The notes below the pieces were generated by a model. It was not told the origin of the DNA and searched no databases. It saw only the letters and a list, made by a program, of their open reading frames with translations. A stretch of 64,000 bases of DNA from Phycisphaerales bacterium PN19_bin_20 (GTDB lineage Bacteria; Planctomycetota; Phycisphaerae; Phycisphaerales; UBA1924). The stretch is from NCBI GenBank assembly GCA_021173225.1, contig JAJOLK010000016.1:21034-85033 (forward strand), written 5' to 3'. The translations under genes were made by a program, and so were the position numbers. Positions 38,288-47,882 of the stretch are shown here, one piece after another (position 1 is the first letter of the stretch; every line of letters begins with the position of its first letter).

Positions 38288-38421
38288 ACACATCCCGCAA
38301 GCCGCGCTGCGCTGGAGAGGCGTGCGCCGGCGGACCCAACTACATCAAGATACCTCAAGCCCCGCTCGGTTGCCAGTGCCAATTTGTTCGTGGCGTGAAT
38401 CGCCGCGACCCCTCAGGGGGG

Positions 38422-40077
38422 TTAGCAGCTGATCGTGAAGAACCCAATGAACGTGATCACGTCGTCGGCGGTGAGCTCGCCGTCGGGCTCGGGGATGAGC
38501 CCGGGCTGCGAGAAGTCGGCGCGGAGGTCGCCGCTGGTGAACCAGCTTACGAAGAGGATGATGTCGTCGGCGGTGGTCTCGCCGTCGAAGCCAACGGAAA
38601 GCCCTGGGCCGGCGATGTCTGAGCGGCCGCAGCGCGTGGGCCCGCCCGGGCCGACGGTCGCCGCAAGGGCGATGGTGATCGTCGGGTTCTCGGGCGCGTT
38701 GGTCGTGATGATCAGGCTTCCGGCCTTGGGGCCTGCGGTGGTAGTGTCAAGGGTGACGGTGTGCGTGTTGACGCCGCCACCGGGCGCGTCGGTCTGCTGC
38801 GCGCCGGCCTGGGTGACGGTGAACCCGCTGCCCGGCGCGGCGTATGAGTAGTTAAGCGGCGCGATGCCGCCGACGGTCCAGAGCGAAACGTCACCGCTGT
38901 TGCCGACGGTGTAGGTGAGGCTCTGGGTGGAGTTCTGCGGGACGTTGCCGAAGTTGATCGTGGTGGTCGAGGCCTGGGCCTTGGCGGGCACGCGGAGGTC
39001 AAGGTAGACCGGCAGGTGCCCGAGGCCGACGGCGGAGAGCTGAAGCGCGGTGGCGATGGCGTTGCCGACCATCGTGTTGCTGGCGATGTTCAGCGAGGTG
39101 TTGAAGCTTGAGCCGTCGTTGCCCCAGCAGCGGTAGGAGTGGTTGGTGTCGTTGAAGGTGGCAAGGTTCCAGGGGGTGCTTAGGCTGCCGATATAGTCAA
39201 GGCCCACGCCGTCACGCAGGCTGGCAGAGAGCAGGACGAAGTCGAAACGCGAGTCCATCTGCTTGCCAGCGCCGGGGTCTTGCGTGTGGATGAAGCGGAA
39301 GGTGCCGTTGTTCTCCCACCCGCCCAGGGCGCGGATGGGGTCGTAGAGCGGGCCATTCTGGATGGCGGGGTTGCCGTTGACCGCGCCGACGAGCGGGGCG
39401 AAGCCACCGTCGGTGAAGCCGGTGCAGTTGAAGTCACCGCCGAGGATCGCGTGCCAGCCAGGTGTGAGGGCGAGAACGTCAGCGGCGATGCGCTGGGCCT
39501 CGGTCTGGCGGCGGAGTTCATCAACGCCCGAGCCGGACTTCATGTGGCTGTTGTACAAGGCGAGGTTGGTCGTCGGGATGTCGTTGTACCCGGCGAGGCG
39601 AACGACGTAGCGCTCGGTGTTGCGGGGCGGGATGTGCGGCGCGACGCCGTCGGTATCGACCGCGCCTTGCGAGATGATCGTGGTGTTCTGGACCAGCAGG
39701 ACCCTATTGGTGCGGTAGAACATGGCGAAGCTGGTGTCGCCGCCCGGAGCGTCGATGTAGTTGGTCGCGGCCCAGTCACCCGGCGAGCCCGGGGCAGAGT
39801 TAAGCAGGTTGCGGAAGTTGATGATGCCCGCGGCGGAGCGAATCTCCTGAACCAGGATGATGTCAGGGGCCATGCGCTGCCCGGCGAGGGCCATGGGCTG
39901 GCCGCCGGCGCTCAGGGCGGGGACGACGCCGTAGATAGAGGTCTGGAACTCGTTGATGCGTCCGGACGTGTAGTTGGTGATGTTCCAACTGCAGACGCGG
40001 AGCTGGGCGTGGGCCGAGGTGGCGGCGGCAGAGATGGCGAGGCCGACAACGGCGGCGCAACGCGTGGTCTTGGGCAT
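38422..40077 (-). CDS. Secreted endonuclease/exonuclease/phosphatase (EEP) family protein with an Ig-like domain and a GC-type twin dockerin-like C-terminus
   Basis: Signal peptide ...AATSAHAQ. LRVCSWNITNY, DIILVQEI, ILGGDFNC, SRFDFVLLS. INFGNVPQNSTQSLTYTVGNSG. C-terminus CGRSDIAGPGLSVGFDGETTADDIILFVSWF...ADFSQPGLIPEPDGELTADDVITFIGFFTISC. Confidence 0.88.
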   Translation of the reverse strand: MPKTTRCAAVVGLAISAAATSAHAQLRVCSWNITNYTSGRINEFQTSIYGVVPALSAGGQPMALAGQRMAPDIILVQEIRSAAGIINFRNLLNSAPGSPGDWAATNYIDAPGGDTSFAMFYRTNRVLLVQNTTIISQGAVDTDGVAPHIPPRNTERYVVRLAGYNDIPTTNLALYNSHMKSGSGVDELRRQTEAQRIAADVLALTPGWHAILGGDFNCTGFTDGGFAPLVGAVNGNPAIQNGPLYDPIRALGGWENNGTFRFIHTQDPGAGKQMDSRFDFVLLSASLRDGVGLDYIGSLSTPWNLATFNDTNHSYRCWGNDGSSFNTSLNIASNTMVGNAIATALQLSAVGLGHLPVYLDLRVPAKAQASTTTINFGNVPQNSTQSLTYTVGNSGDVSLWTVGGIAPLNYSYAAPGSGFTVTQAGAQQTDAPGGGVNTHTVTLDTTTAGPKAGSLIITTNAPENPTITIALAATVGPGGPTRCGRSDIAGPGLSVGFDGETTADDIILFVSWFTSGDLRADFSQPGLIPEPDGELTADDVITFIGFFTISC

Positions 40078-40195
40078 GGCCGGGTCTCTTCAACGCGGCG
40101 CCGTTCAGAGCTGCGCGCTGGGTTCTGTGTTGGAAATGCTCTCGGTGCTGGGCATGCTGGGCGTGCTGGACTTACCGCCGACGTGGACCCTTGGC

Positions 40196-42535
40196 TTACT
40201 GCTGGTTGCTGAAGGCATTGATGAAGACGATGACGTCGTCGGCGGTGAACTCTCCATCAGGCCCAAGGCTCTGACCCGGGCCGGCGATGTCAGCAATCAG
40301 CCCTGAGCCAGCGGTGAAGGCGCTGATGAAGGCGATGATGTCGTCGGCGGTGTACTCGCCGTCGGGCCAAGGGTTGCCGCCGGGCCCGGCGATGTCGGCA
40401 AGGGGCCGGTCGGGCATCACAACCATCAGAACGTTGTAGGCCTCGTCGGTCCCGGTGCCGCTGGGCGCGTTGGGATCGTTGAACGCCGCGTCGTTGTTGG
40501 TGTCGTAGGTGATCTTGGCGCGGAAGACCAGCGCGCCGAGGGTCAGCGGCGACGCGTAGACACCGTTGGCCGGGTCAAGCCCGCTTAGCGGCGTTTGAAC
40601 GGTCGAGGATGACCAGACCGAGCCGGAGTCAACGCTGTCGGCGTCGGCGACGGACATGAACTGGATCTGGTAGTTGCGGGCGCTGTTGCGGCCTGCGATG
40701 GTGTCACCCACGGTCGCCAAAAGCTCAAGCCGGTAGGCGTTGGTGGCCTGGTTGAAGTTCGCACGGAAGAGCCCGATGGCCTTGCGGCTAGAGCTGACGG
40801 TGACCTTCAGCTCAACACCGGCCATGAAGTAAACGTTGCCAGAGGAATCAAATGCGGGCGACGAGATCGACGCGCCGTTGGTGGTGCCGATGAAGACCTC
40901 AGAGTTCAGCGCGAGGTCGCCGATGGGGTTGGCGTCAACGAGCCCGTCGTTCTCGCCGATGTCGGCGGTGTTGGGCAGGCCGTCGGCACCGTTGTCGCCA
41001 TAGACCACTTTGGAAAGCCCGCCAACGGAGCCCGCGGCGTTGCCGGTGTGGGCGGCGATGGTCCATGTCACGTTCGCGGTGTCTGCGCCCGAGACGCGCG
41101 CCACGGCGATGTAATTGTTCAAGCCCTGCGGGACATCAGACCCGGTGCCTGTGGCGGCGACGGTCGCGGCCAGCAGCAGGTCACCACCGGGCAGCACAGT
41201 GACGGCCACCGGCCCGTTGGCCCCGCGGAAGGTCGCCTGGCTCTGGTAGTTGGTGAACTCTTGGTTGCCCAGTGAGCCAAAGACGCCCGAGGGGTCGTAG
41301 TTATCGTCGCGATCAATCAGAAGACCCGGGGCGGTGGGCATCTCAACAAGCAGGCGACCGGTAACGGCGCCGGCGTTGCTCACGCCCCACGCAGCCAGGC
41401 TGCGCGTCTTGGTGCTGGCGGTGTTGCGGGCCAAGGCGGCGGCGGTCGCTACGGGCGCACCGGTGGTGTTCAGCGGGCCAAAGGGCATGGGCGCAAGGCC
41501 GATGCTGCCGCGGGCTGAAGCGCCGGTGGGCAGGTAGGTCTGAGTGGTGGTGATGGTGTTGGCAGTCGTCTCGGCGAGCAGGTTGTTGGTCAGGTCAAGT
41601 GTGAGCAGCACGGGCCGCGTGCCTAGAACCGAGGGGACGATCGACGGGGTCGTCACGGTGATGGCGGTCTGGTTGAGCAAGCGCGTCGCAGCGCTGTCGG
41701 TCCCGCCTGACTCGGTGATCTGGTTGGAGTTGGTGGTAAGCCGCGCGCTGCTGGTGACGCGGAAGGTCTTCTTGTTGCTCACCGGGTCGGGCCCAAGGGT
41801 CATGTTGAAGCCATCGGCCAGCAGGTGCAGGTTGCCGGCGGTGTCGATGGTACCCAGGCCCAGGGTGCTGTTGCCCTGGCTAGTCTGCGTGCGGTTGGTG
41901 CCGGCGACGATGCGCGAGACGTAGAGACGGTCGGGGAAGCGCGGGCGGACGCCGGCGATCGCGGCGATGATGTTGTTCTCATCGTCGGTGTCGCCCCAGG
42001 TCGCGTTCGCACCGGGGCCAAACTCAAGGAAAGCCGCGCCAAACTGCTGAGCGCTGATACCCGTCGCCGAGAGCGAGCTCGGGGCGGAGTTGCGCGTCGC
42101 GTTCACGCCCTGGCCGGCGGCGGTCCAAAGGCTGTAGCTGGAGCGCAGCAGCGTTTGCGGCTGTGTGAACAGAGAGCTCGCGGTGGTCGAGGCGATCAGG
42201 TGGTTGAAGAACAGCGGCTGGCCGGTAATCTGGTTGTTGGACACCAAACTGGCCTTGACCATGGGCCCGAAGCGGTAACGCTTGCCCCAGCTTGAGCGCT
42301 TGAGCGTGAGGTCAACTACGTAGTTGTTTTGCTGCTCGGTGGTGCCGGTGGCCCCGCCGGCGGCGTAAGCGCTGGTCGCGTCTCCGGGCATGCCGGGCGT
42401 GCTGGCAACTGAATCTTGCGCCCGAGCAACACTGACGGTCAGCAACGGCGCGGCCAGCCCGGCGAGCAGCACGAGGCTGAGCGGGGCGCGGTTGCTGACA
42501 GCGGGGGCGGAGGTAGCGGTCCGGGCATCAGGCAT
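40196..42535 (-). CDS. Large secreted protein of unknown function with a Cys-less variant of the twin dockerin-like C-terminus
   Basis: Signal peptide ...LLTVSVARAQD, then a beta-rich T/S/N/G-rich body. C-terminus PLADIAGPGGNPWPDGEYTADDIIAFISAF...ADIAGPGQSLGPDGEFTADDVIVFINAFSNQQ. Confidence 0.85.
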   Translation of the reverse strand: MPDARTATSAPAVSNRAPLSLVLLAGLAAPLLTVSVARAQDSVASTPGMPGDATSAYAAGGATGTTEQQNNYVVDLTLKRSSWGKRYRFGPMVKASLVSNNQITGQPLFFNHLIASTTASSLFTQPQTLLRSSYSLWTAAGQGVNATRNSAPSSLSATGISAQQFGAAFLEFGPGANATWGDTDDENNIIAAIAGVRPRFPDRLYVSRIVAGTNRTQTSQGNSTLGLGTIDTAGNLHLLADGFNMTLGPDPVSNKKTFRVTSSARLTTNSNQITESGGTDSAATRLLNQTAITVTTPSIVPSVLGTRPVLLTLDLTNNLLAETTANTITTTQTYLPTGASARGSIGLAPMPFGPLNTTGAPVATAAALARNTASTKTRSLAAWGVSNAGAVTGRLLVEMPTAPGLLIDRDDNYDPSGVFGSLGNQEFTNYQSQATFRGANGPVAVTVLPGGDLLLAATVAATGTGSDVPQGLNNYIAVARVSGADTANVTWTIAAHTGNAAGSVGGLSKVVYGDNGADGLPNTADIGENDGLVDANPIGDLALNSEVFIGTTNGASISSPAFDSSGNVYFMAGVELKVTVSSSRKAIGLFRANFNQATNAYRLELLATVGDTIAGRNSARNYQIQFMSVADADSVDSGSVWSSSTVQTPLSGLDPANGVYASPLTLGALVFRAKITYDTNNDAAFNDPNAPSGTGTDEAYNVLMVVMPDRPLADIAGPGGNPWPDGEYTADDIIAFISAFTAGSGLIADIAGPGQSLGPDGEFTADDVIVFINAFSNQQ

Positions 42536-42926
42536 GCAAAACTCCGTGGCGACGACTGGGCCGTTAAGGTTGGCAGCAGAACGAACGCAAGATGGCGGCG
42601 ATGCACCGAATCACGAAGCTGATCTGGACCACCGCGCCGGAAAGATCGCCGGTGCGTAACGACGCAGGGCCATACGTCCGTGCCCGGGCAAAGTTCCCGC
42701 CGTCGCGGGCCAGCGCCGGGATGGGCGAGGAACCAGCGGGGCATGGACGTCTTGGGTCACGGGCGCGAGCCCTGCAAGAGTGTACGGGCAAATCGCGTGC
42801 GTGCCAGTGATGCGCGCAAGCCGAATGCAGTCCGAACTTCGGGTTTATCGGTCGCATCGGGCCCGCTTGGGCCCGCGGCCACCCCTGAGGCCCCGCGGTC
42901 GCTGCTGGAGTGGGCTTCAACGGGCT

Positions 42927-45900
42927 TCAGTTGCCCGAGAGGTTGTAGATGTACCCGGCGTCGAGGGCCTTGCCAATGCGGACCGAGCACTCGGTGAGGT
43001 GGGCTTTGGTGTAAGGGTCAAGCCCGCCGTTGTTCAGGCCGCGATCGATCCTCCCCTTCAGCTCACGCAGTTTGAGCACCGTGAGGTTCTGGATCGGGCG
43101 GTATGCGGCGGTGAAGCTGGTGTCGGGGAGTGTCAGGTCGATCAGCCGGGCCAGCAGCTCACGCTGAAGGTTGCGACGGAAGCTCGAGATGCTCGGCTTG
43201 CGGACCGTGCCATCACCCAGATTGTCCAGCTCGCGCCACGCGGAGTTGACGACCGTGTCGAGGACCTCGGGGACAGTCACGGCGTCAACGTCGGGCTCTT
43301 TGCGGAACTCGTTGTCGTAGACGCGCTGGAGCGTGATGGGGTTCATCACCATCGTGATGGCCGAGGACTGCACGCCCAAGACGGTGTCGTGGATCGGGTA
43401 GGTCGCGTCCTGAAAGAGGCTGAAGAACCCGCCTTGGTCAGACCACTTCTCGACCGTCATCTTGCTGAGCAGTTCGCGGGTGATGCCAAAGGCGGCCTCG
43501 TCAAAGGTGTTGTCGAGGACGAACTTGAGCGCGCGGCGCTGGACGGCGGCCTCGACCGGAACCACCGGGGCAGCGGCGCCGGGGTCGCCCTTGCTTGACT
43601 TGTTGGTCGATGCGCCGCCCAAGAACTCGCTGGCGATACGGACCGCGGCGAGATGGCGGCCCAGCAGGAGCTGGTAGGCCGAGCGTGCGCGGGCCCAGGG
43701 CTCGCCGTCCTTGACTACGCGGTCAACGATGCGCGTGCGGAGGTGCTGGGTGAGGCGCATGGTGCTGTCGCTGTAATCAAGCGGCTGCTTGCCGAGGTCA
43801 AAGAGCTGGATGTACGGGTCGGGCCCGCCGATGTCCTCGTCGGTGCCGAAGGCGAGCGCGGGCTCGCTGGCGCGTGCGAGGATGGGCTTGAGGTCGGTCT
43901 CGGTGGTGTAGCCGTACTCGATGGCCCAGAGGTCGTAGGGGCCAGCGCCAATGGGGGCATAGTCGCCCTGGATCTGCCCGTCGTTAAAGTTGATGTTCAG
44001 CGGGGTGTAGTCCATGACCGACGACGCGATGGGCGCCTTGGCCTTGACCTGGTCTGAGTTCATCTCGGCCAGGGTGTAGGTGGTGCTGGCCTTGAAGTTG
44101 TGGCGCAGGCCCAGGGTGTGGCCGACCTCGTGGGAGACCAGGTCCTTGAGCAGCGGGCCGACGAATCTGGCGGGCAGCCCGTCGAGGAGCTGCTCTTTCT
44201 TCTTGGTGGGCTTACCGTCCTTCTTGTCCTCTTTATTGTCGTCTTTCTTGGCGTCGTCCTTCTTCTCTTCTTTCTTGGCGTCCTTCTCGTCGTCGGCCTT
44301 GGGCTCGGCGGCGGGCGGGTCGTCGCTCTCACTGGCCTTGCTGGCGGTGCGGGCGATGGCGAGCAGGTCAGCGGTGTTCATCCGCAGCAGCGCGACGTCC
44401 ATCGAGCGCCCCAGCATCAGCGCGCAGCTGAGCTTCTGGCGCATCGGCAGCGCGTAGCCGGTCGGGTCGAGCCCGACGCTGCCAAACTGCAGCGGCGCGC
44501 CCGAGCGCATCGTCAGCATGGGCATCGCGCCAGCCTCGTCGCCGGCCTGGCGGGTCTGGTCAGCAAACGCCTGGTGGGCGGCCTTGCGCAGCAGCGCGCG
44601 CTGGGTGACGATCTCATCACGGAACGCCGCGGGCGCGAGCCGGACGCGCGGGTCCCACTGCGGCTTGTCATCAAGCCACTGGGCCAGCTCGCTGGGGCTG
44701 CCCATCATGGCGACCTCGGGCAGGAGCTGGCTGTACTGGCGGAACCATCCGCGCAAGAAGCCGTCGTCGATAACCACGTCAGCGTCAAGGATCTGCCCGG
44801 TCTCGGGGTGGACGCGTGAGGGGCCGATGGCGAAGCCCAGGTCGCCGCTGGTCCAGCGGACGAAGTTGTAGCGGACGTCCTCGGGGTCCTTGTCCATGTG
44901 CTGGCCGGTGGTCACGTCCTGCTGGTAGACCTCGATAGCATTCTCGATGCCGACGCGCTCGAAGGCGCGGTTCCACTCAAGGATACCCTCACGCACATAG
45001 CGGCGGTACTGCACGGGGACGGTCGCCTCAATATAGAACACCAGCGGGCGCTTGGGGGGGCTCATCTCCAGCTTGGAATCTCGCTTCTCAAGCTGCCAGC
45101 GGTTGATGTAGCGGACCCACTGCGTGTCCTTGTCTTGGCGTGAGGTATCGCGGAAGCTGGTGGTGAAGTAGCCCACGCGCGCGTCGGCCTCACGCGGCGT
45201 GTAGCCGGTGCTCGGCGGGACAAGGCTAATGGAATAGTGGATCGTAACAAGCTGCCCGCCGCGGGCTGGCAGCTCAAAGGCCAGCTCAAGGTTCTGCGGG
45301 AAGGCCTTGACTTTGGCCAGCTTGACCAGAGCGCGGTTGGAGCCGGTAAGCATCCCGCCCCAGAAGCGGTCGGCCTTGCCGACCAGCAGGTCGGTTGCGT
45401 CGATGACCGGGCCGCCGCCGGGCCCCATCGTGGCGATGGGCACGTCAAGCAGCACGCGGTCGGTGTAGAGGCGCTCCTCGCTCTTCTTGTTCTCGGCGTC
45501 GCCGGTGCTGCGGGTCTCGGTGTTGACCACCATCAAAGCCAGACGCTTGTCGAATCGCCTCCAGTAGACGTAATAGTCGCCCATCTGGATGCCGGTGACG
45601 GGCACGCCCCCGGCATAAGTTGTTGCGATGAACAGGCGCTGGCGTTCAAACTCACGCGGTAGCTCGGCGAGCAGGCGTGCGTCCTTGTCGCGCTTGTAGA
45701 GGGTCCACAGCGAGCCGTCCTCGCTGGCGAGTTTGTCAAGGCCCTTGGTGACGTCCTTGAAGTCAGGGAACTCGGGGGGCTCGCGCTCGGCGCGCAGGCC
45801 GACTGCCGCGGCGGCACCGCCAGCCGTAGGGGCCGGTGCCTCGGTGGGCTGGGCCAATGCGGGGCGCGTCAACGCCGGGGCGTCCAGCATCAGCAGGCCA

Positions 45901-45947
45901 GCGGCCAAAAGCACGAATGGACCGGTCAGCATTGACGTTACGCGCAT
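42927..45947 (-). CDS. Secreted zinc-dependent metalloprotease (DUF5117/DUF4953-type met-zincin)
   Basis: Signal peptide MRVTSMLTGPFVLLAAGLLML...ALAQ. LKDLVSHEVGHTLGLRHNFKAST. About 1000 aa, typical for this family, with a Lys/Asp/Glu-rich insert. Confidence 0.85.
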   Translation of the reverse strand: MRVTSMLTGPFVLLAAGLLMLDAPALTRPALAQPTEAPAPTAGGAAAAVGLRAEREPPEFPDFKDVTKGLDKLASEDGSLWTLYKRDKDARLLAELPREFERQRLFIATTYAGGVPVTGIQMGDYYVYWRRFDKRLALMVVNTETRSTGDAENKKSEERLYTDRVLLDVPIATMGPGGGPVIDATDLLVGKADRFWGGMLTGSNRALVKLAKVKAFPQNLELAFELPARGGQLVTIHYSISLVPPSTGYTPREADARVGYFTTSFRDTSRQDKDTQWVRYINRWQLEKRDSKLEMSPPKRPLVFYIEATVPVQYRRYVREGILEWNRAFERVGIENAIEVYQQDVTTGQHMDKDPEDVRYNFVRWTSGDLGFAIGPSRVHPETGQILDADVVIDDGFLRGWFRQYSQLLPEVAMMGSPSELAQWLDDKPQWDPRVRLAPAAFRDEIVTQRALLRKAAHQAFADQTRQAGDEAGAMPMLTMRSGAPLQFGSVGLDPTGYALPMRQKLSCALMLGRSMDVALLRMNTADLLAIARTASKASESDDPPAAEPKADDEKDAKKEEKKDDAKKDDNKEDKKDGKPTKKKEQLLDGLPARFVGPLLKDLVSHEVGHTLGLRHNFKASTTYTLAEMNSDQVKAKAPIASSVMDYTPLNINFNDGQIQGDYAPIGAGPYDLWAIEYGYTTETDLKPILARASEPALAFGTDEDIGGPDPYIQLFDLGKQPLDYSDSTMRLTQHLRTRIVDRVVKDGEPWARARSAYQLLLGRHLAAVRIASEFLGGASTNKSSKGDPGAAAPVVPVEAAVQRRALKFVLDNTFDEAAFGITRELLSKMTVEKWSDQGGFFSLFQDATYPIHDTVLGVQSSAITMVMNPITLQRVYDNEFRKEPDVDAVTVPEVLDTVVNSAWRELDNLGDGTVRKPSISSFRRNLQRELLARLIDLTLPDTSFTAAYRPIQNLTVLKLRELKGRIDRGLNNGGLDPYTKAHLTECSVRIGKALDAGYIYNLSGN

Positions 45948-46079
45948 GGGCTCACTCCAAAAGGCAGTTTGTGGGTATCGGCGCGTGCGGGCGCGTGGCC
46001 GCAGGTTTTTGGGGGGCATTCGAGCCCGCGGCGCTGGCCCGCTGGCGCTATCACGGGCCGGCGCGTTGGGGTGTTCTGC

Positions 46080-47804
46080 TCAGTGCGCCTTGCGCAAGCG
46101 CCCGGTCGGGATGTCAAGCTGCCCGCGGTACTTCGCCACCGTGCGACGTGCGATCTCAAAGCCCTTGACCTTCAGCGCCTCGGCCAGGTCGTCGTCGCTG
46201 AGCGGGTTCTTCTTGTCCTCGGCCGCGACAATCTCCAGCAGGGCGGCCTTGATGGCGTCCCACGAGACCTCCTCGCCCGTGTCGGTCGTCGTGCCGCCGG
46301 TAAAGAACTTGCGTAGCGCCACAACCCCGCGCGGGGTCTGGATGTACTTCTCACTCACGGCCCGCGAAACGGTGGCGACGTGGATACCAAGCTGCTCGGC
46401 GACCTTGGTCATGGGCAGAGGCTTGACGGCCTGCGGGCCGTAGTCAAAGAACTCGCGCTGCGCCGCGACGACGGCCTCAAGCACTCGCAGCAGCGTGCGT
46501 TTGCGCTGCTCGATAGCGTCGATGAGGAACTGCGCGTTGCCGATGTTGACCTTCAGGAACGCTCGCGTGGGCTTGGGGGCCGCTCGGTCTTTGGCCAGGC
46601 GCGCGTATTCCTGGTTGACGCGCAGGTTCGGCAGCCTGCGGTCGTTGAGGTACGCCACGTAACGGTCGTGCTCGGGGTCGTACTCAACGATCCCGTCGGG
46701 GACGATGCCCGCGGCGGCGTCGTTGACCAGCTGCCGCCCGGGCGCCAGGCTCAGCCCGCGCAGCTTCTCCATCGCACGTTTGAGCGTCTCGACGCTGGTG
46801 CCGAGCTTCGCGGCGACCTTCGGCAGGCGGTTGTTCTTCAGGTCGTCAAGGTGCTGGTCCACCAAGACACGCGACAGCGCCCACAGCTCGCTCTGGGCCA
46901 ACTGCTCGCTCTGGGCCAACTGCTCGCGCTGGGCCAACTGCTCGCGCTGGGCCAACTGATTGCGAGGGCCATGAATAAACCGAAGGTCATCCGCTTCGTC
47001 CTGCTCATGCTGGCGCTCGGCGCGGGCGTCGATCTGCAGCAGCAGGCACTCGCGCACATCGCGGGCCCCGATACCCGCTGGCTCGAGCATCAACTGCACC
47101 GCACGCAGGGCCTCGGTGAGCAGCGCGAGCGTCACTTGCGCAAGATCACGCTGCTCGATCACGCGCTTCTCGCTGACGCGCTGCTCGATCACGCGCTGCT
47201 CGATCACGCGCTGCAGGATCGTCTCCAGCGGCGTGCGGATCAGCCCGTCGGCCTCCACGGCACCAATCAGCGCCTCGCCCAGCGGGCGCAGGTCACGCCG
47301 CACGTCGCACAACCGCCACTGGTCAAGAAGCTGCTCGGTCAGGCTCTGGCCCCGGGCTGCGGTGTTGGCCATGGCCTGCACCTTGGCGTCCCCCGCGTCG
47401 ATGTCGCTGCGCGAAAGCTCGCCGGAACGGTCAGCGTCGGCGCGCTCGGGCGGCTCGGGGCGCTGGTCAAAGTCGTTCTCGGCCGCGTCGGGGTGCTCGT
47501 GCTCAAAGGCGTCGAGCCGTTCAAAGTCGCTGGCACCCGAGGCGTCGCCCATCTCCAGCGGGAGGTCCTCGCGCGTCCCGATCGGCGTGTCGTCGGCCCC
47601 GGCCCGCGCGGCGGCGGCCAGCTCTGCGTCACCATCGGGCCCGGCCTCGGCCAGCTCCAGCGTCGCGTTGCTCTCCAGCTCTTGATCGATCCGCTCTTCG
47701 AGCTCGGCCATCGACATCTGCAGAATCTCCATCGACTGGATCATCTGCGGCGCCAGCTTCATGTGCTGGCCCATGCGCATTGATTGGGAGACGTCAAACC
47801 GCAT
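46080..47804 (-). CDS. rpoN: RNA polymerase sigma-54 factor
   Basis: Region I: QSMRMGQHMKLAPQMIQSMEILQMSMAELEERIDQELESNATLE. C-terminal HTH and RpoN box: IARRTVAKYRGQLDIP. Confidence 0.92.
   Translation of the reverse strand: MRFDVSQSMRMGQHMKLAPQMIQSMEILQMSMAELEERIDQELESNATLELAEAGPDGDAELAAAARAGADDTPIGTREDLPLEMGDASGASDFERLDAFEHEHPDAAENDFDQRPEPPERADADRSGELSRSDIDAGDAKVQAMANTAARGQSLTEQLLDQWRLCDVRRDLRPLGEALIGAVEADGLIRTPLETILQRVIEQRVIEQRVSEKRVIEQRDLAQVTLALLTEALRAVQLMLEPAGIGARDVRECLLLQIDARAERQHEQDEADDLRFIHGPRNQLAQREQLAQREQLAQSEQLAQSELWALSRVLVDQHLDDLKNNRLPKVAAKLGTSVETLKRAMEKLRGLSLAPGRQLVNDAAAGIVPDGIVEYDPEHDRYVAYLNDRRLPNLRVNQEYARLAKDRAAPKPTRAFLKVNIGNAQFLIDAIEQRKRTLLRVLEAVVAAQREFFDYGPQAVKPLPMTKVAEQLGIHVATVSRAVSEKYIQTPRGVVALRKFFTGGTTTDTGEEVSWDAIKAALLEIVAAEDKKNPLSDDDLAEALKVKGFEIARRTVAKYRGQLDIPTGRLRKAH
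46887..46958. repeat. Four copies of an 18-bp in-frame tandem repeat inside rpoN, encoding (LAQ[RS]EQ)n
   Basis: ctgggccaactgctcgc(t/g) x4 on the plus strand. The protein reads QLAQREQLAQREQLAQSEQLAQSE. Confidence 0.85.
47144..47220. repeat. About five copies of a 15-bp in-frame tandem repeat inside rpoN, encoding (RVIEQ)n
   Basis: gatcacgcgctgctc-like units. The protein reads QRVIEQRVIEQRVSEKRVIEQR. Confidence 0.8.
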
Positions 47805-47882
47805 GAAGAGCTTCCCAAACCGTCCGCCGCGCCGTCAACGGCATCGGCACCGCCAGCAACGCCAAACGCCAACACCACGCGC

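Noticed and set aside
38340-38400. Possible sigma-54 promoter (minus strand AAATTGGCACTGGCAACC) upstream of the metalloprotease
   Set aside because: A TGGCAC -24-like box is present, but there is no TTGC/GC -12 element at the required GG-N10-GC spacing. The similar near-miss TGGCCAACCGGCTTGT upstream of flhF (about 4573-4590) was rejected for the same reason.
46380-47783. 467-aa ORF antisense to rpoN
   Set aside because: It mirrors the rpoN frame, including the repeats (LALGQLLALGQLL). There is no independent support.
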